From Acidilobaceae archaeon (GTDB taxonomy: Archaea > Thermoproteota > Thermoprotei_A > Sulfolobales > Acidilobaceae): a stretch of 64,000 bases of DNA. The DNA lies in the NCBI GenBank assembly GCA_038824665.1, contig JAWBBK010000001.1:224001-288000 (forward strand), given 5' to 3'. A model generated the notes under the pieces. The model was not told the DNA's origin and ran no database searches. It worked only from the letters and a program-made list of their open reading frames with translations. Both the position numbers and the translations under genes were made by a program. This document shows positions 30,030 to 40,936 of the stretch, one piece after another (within the stretch, counting starts at the first letter, position 1; each line of letters begins with the position of its first letter).

Positions 30030-30736
30030 GCAAAGTGTCTGAGGTAGTCAAAGTATATCCCCACGAGAAGTGGGCTGGAGTGTATGTGGTTGAACTCAAC
30101 GACGGTAGCTTAAGGATAGCTACGAAGAACTTAGTGCCTGGACAAAAGGTCTATGGAGAGAGGCTGTTCAGATACGGAGATGCTGAATATAGAGAGTGGA
30201 ACCCCTATAGAAGTAAGTTGGCTGGAGCTTTGCTCAAAGGACTTGAAGAACTCCCGGTTAAAGAGAACGATAAATTACTATACCTAGGTATAGCCAGTGG
30301 AACCACAGCAAGCCATATCAGTGACATAATAGGACCTAAGGGAGTCATCTACGGCGTCGAGTTCGCTCCTAGAGTTCTGAGAGACCTCTTAGCCATAGTT
30401 AGAGACAGGAAGAACATAAACCCGATCTTAGCTGACGCTAGATTTCCAGAGAAGTACAGATTTCTCGTTGAGAGCATTAACGGAATTTATGCAGATATAG
30501 CTCAGCCAGATCAGGCAGCTATAGTCGTTAGAAACGCTAAGCTCTTTCTTGAGAAAGGCGGCTATCTGCTTCTCGCAATCAAAGCTAGAAGCATAGACGT
30601 AACCTTAGAGCCAAGCGATATATATAAGAGAGAGATAGAGACTCTCGTGAACGGAGGCTTCGAGATAATTGATGTAGTTCATCTAGACCCCTTCGATAGA
30701 GACCACGCTATGGTATACGCTAGGTACAGAAGATGA
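30026..30736 (+). CDS. flpA: Fibrillarin-like 2'-O-methyltransferase
   Basis: WNPYRSKLAGA, LYLGIASGTTASHISD, ADARFP, DIAQPDQ, KARSID. Confidence 0.97.
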   Translation: MSKVSEVVKVYPHEKWAGVYVVELNDGSLRIATKNLVPGQKVYGERLFRYGDAEYREWNPYRSKLAGALLKGLEELPVKENDKLLYLGIASGTTASHISDIIGPKGVIYGVEFAPRVLRDLLAIVRDRKNINPILADARFPEKYRFLVESINGIYADIAQPDQAAIVVRNAKLFLEKGGYLLLAIKARSIDVTLEPSDIYKREIETLVNGGFEIIDVVHLDPFDRDHAMVYARYRR

Positions 30737-30835
30737 CGACTTCAGAAGCTCTTTAAGTAGTCTAGGAGGTAGTTATACAACCTGTTTTTTAAGACTTTTA
30801 AAGAAACTTAGCGTTATCGAGAGGCGCGCTAGATC

Positions 30836-31654
30836 TTGAGCAAGACTGAGGCTACTATATGGGAACATTTAGAAGAGCTTGTGGTCAGACTTAGGAGAGC
30901 TCTTTTAGCTCTCTTCATTGCTTCCATTGTGGTTCCTTTGCTTCCTAACCCTCTTGCTCTATTGTCAAGAGAAGGCTATGCTCCGCTTATGCTGACAGTT
31001 CATCACTTCATAAGAGGTTACATCGTTCCTGACTATATAACTGTAGGAGGTAAGACAATAGAGGTCAACTTGGTTTCTAGCGATCCGTTCATGGGGCTCA
31101 AGGTTACTTTATACACGATGTTGCTCATAGGTGTGATCGTTGCCGGTCCCTACATGGCCTATGAGATATATGCTTTCATCAGACCTGCTCTTTATTCTCA
31201 CGAGGAAAGAGCTCTAAAGCTTGGAGCTATAGCCTCCTCGTTGTTGTTTCTTTTAGGAGCGTCTATAGCTCTCTTCGCTTTGTTGCCTCTCACATATAGA
31301 GTAATGTTCACAATGACCTATCTTATAGCTGGAGAGCTAGCAGCCTATGCTGATTACTCGGAGGTCTTCAGAACGGTAGTGTTGATCACCTTGGCTTCAG
31401 GAATAGCCTTCCAGACGCCTTTGATAATCTTCTTACTAGTGTACTATGATGTGATCAGGGTCTCTCTTTTTGGCAAAACTATGAGGTACGTGCTGATAGC
31501 CTCAGCGTTGGTAGCGGCGGTTCTGAGTCCTGATCCTTCAGGAATAGGGATGCTTATTCTCTTAATTCCCTACTTCAGCTTAATAGCTATAGCTGTAGCT
31601 TTAGCTAACTGGCTGAAAGCAAGAAAGACGAGAAGGAAAGAGTTCTCTACTTAG
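30836..31654 (+). CDS. tatC: Twin-arginine translocase subunit TatC
   Basis: [30 protein letters not shown]; multiple TM helices. Confidence 0.9.
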   Translation: MSKTEATIWEHLEELVVRLRRALLALFIASIVVPLLPNPLALLSREGYAPLMLTVHHFIRGYIVPDYITVGGKTIEVNLVSSDPFMGLKVTLYTMLLIGVIVAGPYMAYEIYAFIRPALYSHEERALKLGAIASSLLFLLGASIALFALLPLTYRVMFTMTYLIAGELAAYADYSEVFRTVVLITLASGIAFQTPLIIFLLVYYDVIRVSLFGKTMRYVLIASALVAAVLSPDPSGIGMLILLIPYFSLIAIAVALANWLKARKTRRKEFST

Positions 31655-32186
31655 CGTTTTGTAAATTGTGAACTACTATGCGAGTGGGTATTGGGAGCTT
31701 GCTAGCTCCTACTTTTAGCGCCTCTTTGACTTTCTCTTCAACGTTACCAACGTTACCTACTTGAGATGAGACCCATACTTCGATCAACACGTCTCCTGGA
31801 TAGACTCTAGCTGCTCTCCCTACAGGCTTTCCAAAAGCTCTTCTCATACCCTCTTGGAGTCTGTCAGCTCCTGCAAAAGCCATCATCTTGTGTTCTCTCA
31901 GAACGTGATGAGGATAAGTTCTGACTCTCATGAAGTAGTTGGCTTCACCTAACGATCTCGTCAGGTTCTTATTGACTATAACTCTAAGAGCTTCAAGAGC
32001 GTTGTCTCTAACGTTTCCTGCTTCTTCAGCAACTAGCTCAGCTTTTAAGAGAGCTGACTGAAGAACCTCTCTGTTTCCTAACTCAAACTTAGTGATCTTG
32101 GGCGGCGGAGCTCCTGCTATATATTCTACTCTAGTATACGGAGGTCCGCTGAAATGTGTGTAACACCTAGCGGGCTTCAGAGGCAC
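31647..32186 (-). CDS. rpl10e: 50S ribosomal protein L10e (uL16)
   Basis: [36 protein letters not shown]. Confidence 0.97.
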   Translation of the reverse strand: MPLKPARCYTHFSGPPYTRVEYIAGAPPPKITKFELGNREVLQSALLKAELVAEEAGNVRDNALEALRVIVNKNLTRSLGEANYFMRVRTYPHHVLREHKMMAFAGADRLQEGMRRAFGKPVGRAARVYPGDVLIEVWVSSQVGNVGNVEEKVKEALKVGASKLPIPTRIVVHNLQNAK

Positions 32187-32202
32187 GACCTAGCCCTGAG
32201 GC

Positions 32203-33180
32203 TTAAGCTCTTAGGCTAGACCTAAAAAGCGCTCCTAAAGTCCGAGGAGCGTGACCAAGGTTTAGCTCTCTCAAGAGCTCACAAAGCCTACACGTTTCTC
32301 TCTCAAAGCTCGTGAGCGCCCCACAGAGAGGACATTCCTTAAAGCTTTCTCTCATATTGTCTGTTTCTACAGAAAGCAGTTCATCAAGAAACTCCATCAT
32401 CTTCAGAAGAGTTCCTGGAAGCTCTCTCTCTACAGTCAAGAGCTTCGCTCTAAGCCTAGCTCTAAGCGTAGGACGATACGTTATGTAGGGACATTCGGTT
32501 TCCTGAAATCTGTAGCCTCTCAGGTAAGCGTATGTCGCGACCTCCCATTCATAGACCTTTCTCAAAGGCTTTATTCTGACAGGACCGCTCAACTTTCTTG
32601 AAGTTAGAGGATGTAACTTAAGAACTCCCTTCCAATCTCCGTGCAGAAAGTTCATTAAGAAAGTCTGGATCTCGTCGTCAAGCACATGGGCTGTAGCGAC
32701 CTTTCTAGCTCCAAGCTCTTCAGCTATTTTGTTCATCGCATGTCTTCTGACGACTCCACAATAAGTGCACGGAGAGTGCGGAAGCTCAAGAGAAGAAGCT
32801 TTGTCTACCAGCTCAGCTAGGCTATATCCTATGTACTCTTTGAAGCTGACAACGATCAAATCCACCCCTAGCTCTCTTGTCAGCTCAAATAGACTTTCTA
32901 CGTCAGAAAGTCTGTTGTAGTTCGGTATCCCCTCTACTATCGTGAGAGCTACGAAGCGAGAGCTTTTGAAGAGCCTCGGCAAGACGTCTAAGAGGACGAA
33001 GCTATCCTTACCTCCGCTAACGGCTAAGAGGACGGTATCGCCGTGCTCTAAGAGCTTCCATCTTTCTACTTCTCTTTTCACGCGTTCTCTTAAGTCTTCG
33101 ATGAAGCAGTCTCTACAGAGAACTCTCCTAAAGTGAGCCTGGTAGACAACTCCTCTTTTCCTGCAGATGTGGCACTCCAC
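32203..33180 (-). CDS. tRNA 2-thiolation protein, TtuA/Ncs6 family
   Basis: N- and C-terminal Zn fingers, PP-loop SGGKDS, CTYCGVVRR, RIKPL, CPY. Confidence 0.88.
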   Translation of the reverse strand: MECHICRKRGVVYQAHFRRVLCRDCFIEDLRERVKREVERWKLLEHGDTVLLAVSGGKDSFVLLDVLPRLFKSSRFVALTIVEGIPNYNRLSDVESLFELTRELGVDLIVVSFKEYIGYSLAELVDKASSLELPHSPCTYCGVVRRHAMNKIAEELGARKVATAHVLDDEIQTFLMNFLHGDWKGVLKLHPLTSRKLSGPVRIKPLRKVYEWEVATYAYLRGYRFQETECPYITYRPTLRARLRAKLLTVERELPGTLLKMMEFLDELLSVETDNMRESFKECPLCGALTSFERETCRLCELLRELNLGHAPRTLGALFRSSLRA

Positions 33181-33254
33181 CGAGTTCCCCTAAGGCTCAT
33201 AGAACGTCCTCAGCTTAATTTCCTCTCGAAATAGTATTCCCTCTAGGAACAGCA

Positions 33255-34049
33255 ATGGAGATAGAGAGACTCAAGACAGGCGTTCCAGGCTTCGATGAAC
33301 TCATAGCCGGAGGTATTCCTAGAGGCTTCTTCGTAGCTGTCGTAGGAGAGCCTGGAGCAGGGAAGACGGTGTTCTCTTGTCACTTTGCATGGCAAGGGGT
33401 AATAGAGGGGGATAAAGTAATATATGTGACTACCGAAGAGAGCAGAGAAAGTATACTCAGACAAGCCAAGATGTTCAATATGGATTTAGGCAAAGCTGTC
33501 GATGCCGGAAAGGCTGTGGTTATAGACGCTTTACTTAAAAGCAAAGGCGACGAGTGGAGCCTAGAGGAACTCGACTTAGAGAAGATGATCGAAAAAGTCC
33601 TGGAAGCGAAGAGGAGGCTAGGTTACGGGAGAGCGAGACTAGTGATAGACAGTATGAGCGCCTTCTGGCTCGATAAGCCGGCTATGGCTAGAAAATACAG
33701 CTACATGGTTAAGAGACTTCTCTACAGATGGGATTTCACGACTCTCTTGGTGAGTCAGTACGCTATAACTACAGCTGAAGCCTTCGGCTGGGGTGTAGAA
33801 CACGTTGCTGACGGCATAATAAAGTTCAGGAGAGTAGTGAGAGGAGGAACCCTGAAGAGATATGTGATCGTCGAGAAGATGAGACAAACTCCTCACGATA
33901 CTAGAGTTCACGAGATCGATATAATAAACGGTAAGGGAATGGTTGTCGTAAGACCAGCTGTTTTAGTTAGAGAAGATCTTGTACTTCCAGAGGACGTGAC
34001 TAAGAAGATCAGCAAAGCTAAAAGTAAGTCTTTGAGAGAACTCCCTTAA
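33255..34049 (+). CDS. Single-domain KaiC-like ATPase
   Basis: TGVPGFDELIAGGIP, GEPGAGKT, IDSMS, VEHVADGII, EKMRQT. Confidence 0.92.
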   Translation: MEIERLKTGVPGFDELIAGGIPRGFFVAVVGEPGAGKTVFSCHFAWQGVIEGDKVIYVTTEESRESILRQAKMFNMDLGKAVDAGKAVVIDALLKSKGDEWSLEELDLEKMIEKVLEAKRRLGYGRARLVIDSMSAFWLDKPAMARKYSYMVKRLLYRWDFTTLLVSQYAITTAEAFGWGVEHVADGIIKFRRVVRGGTLKRYVIVEKMRQTPHDTRVHEIDIINGKGMVVVRPAVLVREDLVLPEDVTKKISKAKSKSLRELP

Positions 34050-34071
34050 CTTTTCAGATCGAGATCTTCAG

Positions 34072-34323
34072 CTAACTAGTTAAGAACGTTTCTGGCTCAA
34101 AGCTTATGAATAGTATCATGCTTCCTCTTATCATTAAAGTTCCCATCTTAGCTGTACGGTTCCTTCCGTCTTTGATCTCAAAGGAATCTTCCAGAACTAA
34201 GTTCATTAAGCTGTCGACGCTGGTAAGTCTTCCTGCATACTCCGTTCCATCTTTGAGCTTCACATAAACTAGACTGTTTAGAGCGTTTCTCAAGTATTTC
34301 AACGGAGGCTTTATTTCACTCAT
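34072..34323 (-). CDS. Sm-like archaeal protein (Lsm domain)
   Basis: VKLKDGTEYAGRL..VD.LMNLVL, IRGS; start ATG 34323 (MSEIKPPL). Confidence 0.92.
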   Translation of the reverse strand: MSEIKPPLKYLRNALNSLVYVKLKDGTEYAGRLTSVDSLMNLVLEDSFEIKDGRNRTAKMGTLMIRGSMILFISFEPETFLTS

Positions 34324-34411
34324 TTCTGTATTCACCGCACTTCCAAGACCCCCACACAACCATAGGTTAAAAGCGCTTCCAAAACTTGGAGACTTTACCT
34401 CTATTAAAACC

Positions 34412-35815
34412 TTAAACATTTCTAAGCTTTTTATAGAGTTTCTCTGCCTCTTCTAGAACTCTTTCGTAGATAGCTTGAGTGATTAAACCTTTTGTATAAG
34501 CCTCTTCTAAAGCCTCTTTATCTATAATTTTGGGCTCTTCTCCAGCTCTTTTCACTACGTCTACGTAGAAATCCACGTACTTTATGCCTTTGTTGCTAAG
34601 TTCAGGAGGACTGTTCACATTAGCGTAGACGCCTAAGAGCTTGCCGTCAGCTTTGTAGTATTCGTGAACTATGTGCCACTCGTTAAGAGAGACCCTGGTT
34701 ATAGAGTAGTCTCCTGGTCTCTTCTCCAGACCGAGCCCATCTAGAACTCCCGGTTTCGTGAAGATCCTGCTTAACTTCATTTCGATCTTGGATTCATCGA
34801 TCTCGTAACTCTCAAGCACGAAGGGGCCTAAAGAGATCTTCTCTCCATCAGGGTATTTGTGCTCTATAACTATCTTTTTACCTAAGTTGAGCGAAAGCGT
34901 TCTAGATATCAGAGCGAGACTGGACTTCTTGTCGGCTAAACCCATCTTTAAAGCCTCTTCGAGCACATCTACGCTAGTAGATTCTAAGTCGCCTCCGCTC
35001 TTTATGCTGTGGTGTAAGAAAACAGTAGGACAAACTCTACTTCTTACTTCGTCTAAGATTTGTTTGGCTGTCGAGGTGAGACCTATTAGAGAGATGAACT
35101 CACCTCTTTTGATCACTTGTGGCTCATTTGACAAGGGCTCAGATAGAATTCTTTCAGCCTCTAGCATTAAAGTCTCTATTTCTTCTGAGATGTCCGCTAA
35201 ATCTCCAAATTTACTGTTGCTCCTAAACCTTATGTGAACTCCTTTTTCTGTCGCTATTTGTTTGGCTAAGGCTCCTAACTGAGATGCTCTCGTCAGATCT
35301 TTAATGTGCTCACTGAAGCTGACTCCAGAGCCGGGAGCGAAAACACTAGCGTAAAGTCCTACAACGGCGACTCCTGGCTTAGCTAAAGGTTTCTCACCTC
35401 TCCTAAACGCCTCTCTGACTATGTAGCTTCTAATCATAGAGCCGGGCTCAGGACAGGGAGGTTCTAGCTGTACCTCTATACCGTTAGGACCTTCAGCTCT
35501 ACACTCTCCTAAGCTTCGTACGTCCACTACAGTGTTTACTCCGAGTTTACCTCGAATCCTACTCACATAAGATAAGGAGTTGAGGATGGCTTCTTCTACT
35601 TTCTCTCCTACTTCCCAAGGATTACCTAATACAAGCAGGAGGTCTCTGTCTTCTTCTAGGTTCTTAACGGTGACTTCAGCAGGACCTTCTACTGTGGGTC
35701 TATTGAGTCTACTCTTCAGGACCTCGCTAACGTCAGCTAGAAGAAATCCTTTCTCTAACAACAAGAGACTTAAAGCTGTAGCATAAATACCTCTAACTCT
35801 AACTCTGGCAAGCAC
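34412..35815 (-). CDS. FAU-1 RNA-binding ribonuclease (DUF402)
   Basis: N-terminal VRVRGIYATAL, GVLDGLG, YANVNSPPE, YVDFYVDVV. Confidence 0.85.
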   Translation of the reverse strand: MLARVRVRGIYATALSLLLLEKGFLLADVSEVLKSRLNRPTVEGPAEVTVKNLEEDRDLLLVLGNPWEVGEKVEEAILNSLSYVSRIRGKLGVNTVVDVRSLGECRAEGPNGIEVQLEPPCPEPGSMIRSYIVREAFRRGEKPLAKPGVAVVGLYASVFAPGSGVSFSEHIKDLTRASQLGALAKQIATEKGVHIRFRSNSKFGDLADISEEIETLMLEAERILSEPLSNEPQVIKRGEFISLIGLTSTAKQILDEVRSRVCPTVFLHHSIKSGGDLESTSVDVLEEALKMGLADKKSSLALISRTLSLNLGKKIVIEHKYPDGEKISLGPFVLESYEIDESKIEMKLSRIFTKPGVLDGLGLEKRPGDYSITRVSLNEWHIVHEYYKADGKLLGVYANVNSPPELSNKGIKYVDFYVDVVKRAGEEPKIIDKEALEEAYTKGLITQAIYERVLEEAEKLYKKLRNV

Positions 35816-35854
35816 AGAACTCCCCGTTCGTCATCGGCTTCAATGAGGTTTTCA

Positions 35855-36124
35855 TCAGTCTTTCACTGTCTCTAGAGTAGATATCACCTGCCATATTTTC
35901 GTTCTCACGTGAGAAGGCATGTTAGGGTCTTGACTTATCTCGTCTAGAATGCTTATCGCGTTAGCTGCTTTAACTCCTGGCGAGAGCTTGGAATCACGTA
36001 GTTGTGTGAGAGCGTTAACAGTTGCTCTCCTTATGTTTCTTGGCACGCTAGTATCGTTTATTATACTAGACAGAATCATGAGCACGTATTGGATTTTAGC
36101 CTCGTTTTCAACGAGTCTACTCAT
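35855..36124 (-). CDS. UPF0147 family protein
   Basis: [31 protein letters not shown]. Confidence 0.92.
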   Translation of the reverse strand: MSRLVENEAKIQYVLMILSSIINDTSVPRNIRRATVNALTQLRDSKLSPGVKAANAISILDEISQDPNMPSHVRTKIWQVISTLETVKD

Positions 36125-36286
36125 AGCTCTCACCTCTGATTCTCAATAGCAACAGTGTCTAGGTTCCAATCTTTTAAAATATTTGATCCTCTCAGCTTCA
36201 CAGGAAACAAGCTTGACTTTGATTTAGCTTTTAATAGTTGCTCCTATACAACCACAGAAATCGTGGTTGAGAGGTGAAGAGAAAAG

Positions 36287-37093
36287 ATGAAACTGAAATC
36301 TCGTAGACCGCTTCCTGACGTTAACGAGTTAGTAGTCTGTACTGTGACTAAAGTTCACGACTACGGAGCTTACGCTGAGTTGGACGAGTTCGCTGGAGTT
36401 ACAGCCTTCATACCGTGGAGCGAGATCAGTAGCAAGGCGTTCAGGAGAGTCGAGGAGGTTTTGAAAGAGGGTCAGAAAGTGGTTGGCAAGGTGCTTCGCG
36501 TCTATAAGGATAGAATGAGCGTTGACGTCAGTCTCAAGAGAACTCTGGAAGGCGAGAGGAGGAGGAAAATGCTCGCTTATAAGAGATACGTGAAGACTGT
36601 CATGATCACTCTCATGGTAGCTTCAAAGCTCGGAAAGACGGAAGAAGAGGCTTATAGAGAGGTAGTCTGGAAGCTTGAAGACGCTTACGGAGACCCTCTC
36701 GTCGGTCTTGAGAGAGCTCTGATAGAAGGACCTGAGACTCTTAGATCTGTAGGGATATCTGAAGAGTGGATAGTTCCTCTTCTCGAAGCAGCGGCTAAAC
36801 ATATAGAGCTGAAGACCGTTAGAGCAAGCGGTTTTCTCGTTTTACAATCTCTGGATAGTGATGGAATTGAAAAGATAAGGCGAGTGCTTCTTGAAGCTCA
36901 GAACGCTGCGACAGGAGCTCAAAAGGTTAGAGTGAGGATATATACTGTAGGAGCTCCCAGGTATAGCGTTGACGTCGAAGGCTATGATTACAAAAGCGTA
37001 GAGAAAGCGTTGAACGAGGTGGTGAAGAAAGCAGAAGAGGTTGCCAAATCTCTCGGCGTCTCTTTCGCCTTCGAGAGGGCAGAGAGGAGATGA
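36287..37093 (+). CDS. eif2a: Translation initiation factor aIF2 alpha subunit
   Basis: S1 domain (ELVVCTV...YGAYAELDE), VDVSLKR, GAPRY. Confidence 0.95.
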   Translation: MKLKSRRPLPDVNELVVCTVTKVHDYGAYAELDEFAGVTAFIPWSEISSKAFRRVEEVLKEGQKVVGKVLRVYKDRMSVDVSLKRTLEGERRRKMLAYKRYVKTVMITLMVASKLGKTEEEAYREVVWKLEDAYGDPLVGLERALIEGPETLRSVGISEEWIVPLLEAAAKHIELKTVRASGFLVLQSLDSDGIEKIRRVLLEAQNAATGAQKVRVRIYTVGAPRYSVDVEGYDYKSVEKALNEVVKKAEEVAKSLGVSFAFERAERR

Positions 37094-37311
37094 ACTGGCT
37101 TCTCAGAAAGTGTGTGAGTTGTGGAAGATACACTCTAGCTAAAGACAGATGTCCTGTGTGCGGAGGGGAGGTGAGAGTCCCTCATCCTCCTAGGTTTTCG
37201 CCTGAGGACAAATACGTGAAGTACAGGATCATGGCCAAAGTCCAGGCTTGCTCTCAGAACGTTCAAGAGATTCAGGAAGACAAGCAGACTTCACCAAGGA
37301 ACCTCCTTTAG
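37090..37311 (+). CDS. nop10: H/ACA RNP protein Nop10
   Basis: CxxC-YTL-CPxCG, [11 protein letters not shown]. Confidence 0.95.
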   Translation: MNWLLRKCVSCGRYTLAKDRCPVCGGEVRVPHPPRFSPEDKYVKYRIMAKVQACSQNVQEIQEDKQTSPRNLL

Positions 37312-37797
37312 CTTAAGTGCATAGGCTAGAGCGTTGGCTAAAAAGTGGGCAAGACCCGATATCACTCCTAAAACTATCACTACCTCTAGAGAAAATCTAA
37401 ATTTGGCTAGATATAGGAAAGCTATAGCTCCAACATAGAAGTTGAGTTGATCAAGAAGAGGAGCAGGAGCTCCTCTCTTGAGGCCAATTCTCCTCTTGAG
37501 GAAAGAAGAGACAAGGTCTCCCGACATAGCTCCGAGAGACGAGAAGACTCCGGCATAGGCGTAGAGAGGGTCTTCTAAAATGAGAGCTAGAACTCCTCCG
37601 ACTAGAGACCCAGCAGAGATGCCCGACATCAGTCCCTCCCAGGTTTTACCGTCTCCTAAGATCCTTCTGCCATCTAGAAACAATCTGCCTCCATCGATCG
37701 GTCTCGTTCCCTTGAATACGACAGGGATGGCGTTAGCGAACATAGCCGGAAGTATGAAAAGGAAAGCCTGAAGGTAGCTCTCAACTGTCACAACCAC
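37291..37797 (-). CDS. carS: CDP-archaeol synthase
   Basis: [42 protein letters not shown]. Confidence 0.93.
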   Translation of the reverse strand: MVVTVESYLQAFLFILPAMFANAIPVVFKGTRPIDGGRLFLDGRRILGDGKTWEGLMSGISAGSLVGGVLALILEDPLYAYAGVFSSLGAMSGDLVSSFLKRRIGLKRGAPAPLLDQLNFYVGAIAFLYLAKFRFSLEVVIVLGVISGLAHFLANALAYALKLKEVPW

Positions 37798-38342
37798 TCT
37801 ACATCTCCTCTCGATACTCTGAAGAGCATAAGCTTTCTCTCAGGCTTTAAGACCTCTAGCTTAAACCTATCTCTATCAATCTTCTCGGTTCTAGCTATCA
37901 CGTCAGCATATGAAGAGACTAAGTTGAGACCAGGACTTGTCAGAACTCCCTCTTTTTCTCTAACTTGGCCTACAGCAAACCCTCCAGTTCTCTTTAGCGT
38001 AGCGGCTACAAAGGTCAGAGCTCTTTTTCTTATAGAAGGAGGCTCGCTCAGGTAAAACGAGTTTATGCTGTCTACCACCAGATAGCGTTTTGAGAGAGCC
38101 GCTAAAGCTATCGTATGGACCATCTCATCAAAACTCGTAGCTATTTTGAACGCTCCTTCATAGAGTCTAGAAACAGCTGTTCCTACTGCCTCGGTTTCTA
38201 CGAAAAGCGGGTTCAGACCGATCCCTAAAGCTAACTTCGCTACATGTACTGCTAGTCTAGTCTTACCTGTTCCGAAAGGTCCGTATACAAACGCGAATCT
38301 ACGAGCGGCGACCAGCTGTTCAAGGTACGGATGACTCCGCAC
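37788..38342 (-). CDS. RecA-superfamily ATPase, RadB-like
   Basis: YGPFGTGKT Walker A, VVDSINSFY, GQV. Confidence 0.65.
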   Translation of the reverse strand: MRSHPYLEQLVAARRFAFVYGPFGTGKTRLAVHVAKLALGIGLNPLFVETEAVGTAVSRLYEGAFKIATSFDEMVHTIALAALSKRYLVVDSINSFYLSEPPSIRKRALTFVAATLKRTGGFAVGQVREKEGVLTSPGLNLVSSYADVIARTEKIDRDRFKLEVLKPERKLMLFRVSRGDVEWL

Positions 38343-38343
38343 T

Positions 38344-38895
38344 CTACCTCAGGCCTAGCTTAGTCAGCTTGCTAATGATGTTGGACCCTCTTCTCTGTCT
38401 AGTCGTAGACCTCACAGACTGAAGCTCTACCTGAGCGTCTATCAAACTGGCTAGGTTCTTCAACTTGTCTTTGTTTTTCTCTATAATGCTTGCTAGTGCC
38501 TCAGGAACTCCAAAGCTCTCTAGAGCTTCTTTTCCCTGTCCTGTAGTTCTGTACTTTTTCTTAATGGGGTCTGTTTCTAAAAATCCCACATAGGTTAGAG
38601 CGATCAAGTCGCTCTTGAGATCTGGAGAGTAGAGAGAGTCAGCCACTTTCTTAAAAGTATAGCCTAGAGGGAATCCCAGTTCTTGAACTTCTTTCGCTAT
38701 CTCATACACTGTCCTCTCGTACATAGGTCCGATCTTATCTATTATGTAGAGCAGAGTCATTTGTCTCTCGTTCTTGAGCACTTTATCTCGGGTCACTACT
38801 TGAACGCTTACTAGCTTGAACTCCTTAGTCTTAGAGGGCGTTTCTCCACTGCTTTTCTGTTGAGGCGTTTTGTCGGCTTTAGGCAAACTCTTCAC
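38344..38895 (-). CDS. Hypothetical winged-helix-like protein
   Basis: 183-aa ORF; YSPDLKSDL..L..VGFL...YRTTGQG resembles a wHTH. Confidence 0.6.
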   Translation of the reverse strand: MKSLPKADKTPQQKSSGETPSKTKEFKLVSVQVVTRDKVLKNERQMTLLYIIDKIGPMYERTVYEIAKEVQELGFPLGYTFKKVADSLYSPDLKSDLIALTYVGFLETDPIKKKYRTTGQGKEALESFGVPEALASIIEKNKDKLKNLASLIDAQVELQSVRSTTRQRRGSNIISKLTKLGLR

Positions 38896-39040
38896 ACCAG
38901 AAGCTCTTCAATAGAGTTAAAGCTTTAAAGCTTCTTTTATCTTGAGTCGCTCTTCATAAACGAACTCAAACAGAGACATAAGGTTTTCCAGCGGTGACAG
39001 TTATTTAAAGCCGTCGGTAGCTCAAAAACCTAGCTGGAGG

Positions 39041-40936
39041 ATGAAGTTAGAGATGTCGGTGACAAAAAAGCTTATCGCAATAGCTTTGTTAACGCTTCTT
39101 CTTGGAGCGACGCTTATTCCCTTAGAAGGACAAACAGAAGTTCAACCTACTCAGAGAGTGCTCTCTGGCTGGGTCTTGGTACCGGCTGTTCAAGGAAATC
39201 AGGGAAGGCTTATCAACATGACTATTCAGATAACGTATCCAGGGTCAGGGCTTATCTCTATCGCGATCCTCGCAGATAAAGCGACTGTAGATGAGATAAC
39301 TAGATTGAGTGCTGAGCTTGCTGTCAAGATGGCAAGCATATTGGCTGGCTACTCTTGGAAGAGCTTCGATACTCATATAGAGATTCAGATCGCTACAAAC
39401 ATAACTGGCCCTAGCGGAAGCTTTGCTATTGCGCTTTTAGTGTACTCTTTGCTCTCTCTCAACTCAAACCTCTCTCTAAACCTAGCCGTTACTGGAGCCA
39501 TAACTCCTCATGGACTAGCCTCTCGAGTTGGAGGAATACCCGAAAAGTGTAGTGCATCACGTGATTCCGTTCTGGTGTTACCTCTAGTTAACGTTGCTCA
39601 GGCCACTCCTCTCTGTTATCCTAAGCCCGTTACGGGCATTCTCAACGCTACAGCTAGTCTCAATGTACTCAGAGTTCCCTCTTCAGAGCTAACCATAAAG
39701 ACGTCAACACCTCAAAAGCTGAAGTCTCTACTGGTCGAGGTGGCTGAAAACATTTCGGTAGCGACAGAGAGCGTGCTAAAAGACTTGCTTCCAGCAGCTA
39801 GAGCAAGCGTTGAGAGCAACGTTAGGTCTCTACTCGAAGAAGCGCGAAATCTTAAAGATGACGACCCTTATGTAGCCGCTAGCACAGCGTTCTCTGCTTA
39901 CGTTACTGTGCTCAACGTCCGTCATTATGAAGCTATAAAGAGAGAAGGTTTGGGCTATGTTGTTCGAGTGTTAGAATCTCAGAGAGAGAAAGCAACAGCT
40001 CTTGAGTCTAGGCTTAAAGGTTTTTCTCCACAGGGCAGTCAGCTCTACATAGAGTTTGCTAGCCTTGCTTACGCAAGACTAGCAGACGCAGTCTACCACA
40101 TAGGTGTTGTAGAGAAGAGCGCTAATCGAATGAGCGCAGAAGAGTTAGCGTCGAGACTTGCATACATTGACGGAAGGCTCGAGACCGTTAAGTACTGGAG
40201 TTTTGTAGCGGAGGCTCTAAGAGACGAAGGAGTTCAACTTTCTAGTTATACTCTTTCAGATACGTTGAACCTTCTGAGAGATTACTCAAGTACTACAGCG
40301 AGCTACGTGGTTAGCTTAGTCGAGTACGTAGTACGAAACTACCCTCTAGATGAAAACACTAAAACATACATGGCTTCGGTAGCGCTAGAGCTTAGAGACT
40401 TGGTTAGACGAGCTGAAGAAGAATATGCGAGAGACAACAAGATAGCGGCGTTAGGCTACTACAGAGAGTGTCTTTCTAAATCTCTAGACATAATGTCTCA
40501 ACTTTTAGGAGACGAGAGTCATGTTGCAAGAGAGTACTATAAAGAACTAGAACGCATCTGGACAGTAATCGCAGCTGAAGCTTTAACGAGAGGAGTACCT
40601 CTTGGAATGGCCTCTTTATACAGCTCTTATGCAGAATATAAAGCATCCAGAGGCGACTACGCTTCTGCTCTTGACCTGATGGGAGAGGCAACGATATCAG
40701 CGATCCTCTGGAGGTTGTCGACACTCTCTTATTTCGGTACTCCTTCAAATTCCGCTTCGACTCAAAAACTAGAGAAAGACGTTTCAATACAACAGCTTTC
40801 TGCATTTATTGCTTGGAGCTTGTTACTTCTCCTGTTTGGAATAGCTGGCGGTCTAGCTATCGCGACAATCGTCACATACCTTAGGCTCAGAAGAGAAGAC
40901 TATATTGTTTCAACTTTAGCTAGGTTCGAGAGTTAA
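39041..40936 (+). CDS. Exported/membrane-anchored S16 (Lon-type Ser-Lys dyad) protease without ATPase domain
   Basis: Signal peptide, GPSGS (Ser), VTGAI, VGGIPEK (Lys), C-terminal TM helix. Confidence 0.8.
   Translation: MKLEMSVTKKLIAIALLTLLLGATLIPLEGQTEVQPTQRVLSGWVLVPAVQGNQGRLINMTIQITYPGSGLISIAILADKATVDEITRLSAELAVKMASILAGYSWKSFDTHIEIQIATNITGPSGSFAIALLVYSLLSLNSNLSLNLAVTGAITPHGLASRVGGIPEKCSASRDSVLVLPLVNVAQATPLCYPKPVTGILNATASLNVLRVPSSELTIKTSTPQKLKSLLVEVAENISVATESVLKDLLPAARASVESNVRSLLEEARNLKDDDPYVAASTAFSAYVTVLNVRHYEAIKREGLGYVVRVLESQREKATALESRLKGFSPQGSQLYIEFASLAYARLADAVYHIGVVEKSANRMSAEELASRLAYIDGRLETVKYWSFVAEALRDEGVQLSSYTLSDTLNLLRDYSSTTASYVVSLVEYVVRNYPLDENTKTYMASVALELRDLVRRAEEEYARDNKIAALGYYRECLSKSLDIMSQLLGDESHVAREYYKELERIWTVIAAEALTRGVPLGMASLYSSYAEYKASRGDYASALDLMGEATISAILWRLSTLSYFGTPSNSASTQKLEKDVSIQQLSAFIAWSLLLLLFGIAGGLAIATIVTYLRLRREDYIVSTLARFES

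Noticed and set aside
30733-30790. ATGACGA box C-like motif at the fibrillarin stop
   Set aside because: No D box at suitable distance; the weak hairpin plus T-run fits a terminator or the tatC promoter better.
36249-36269. 7-bp hairpin CAACCAC/GTGGTTG before the aIF2alpha SD
   Set aside because: Short, does not cover the SD, and within chance expectation.
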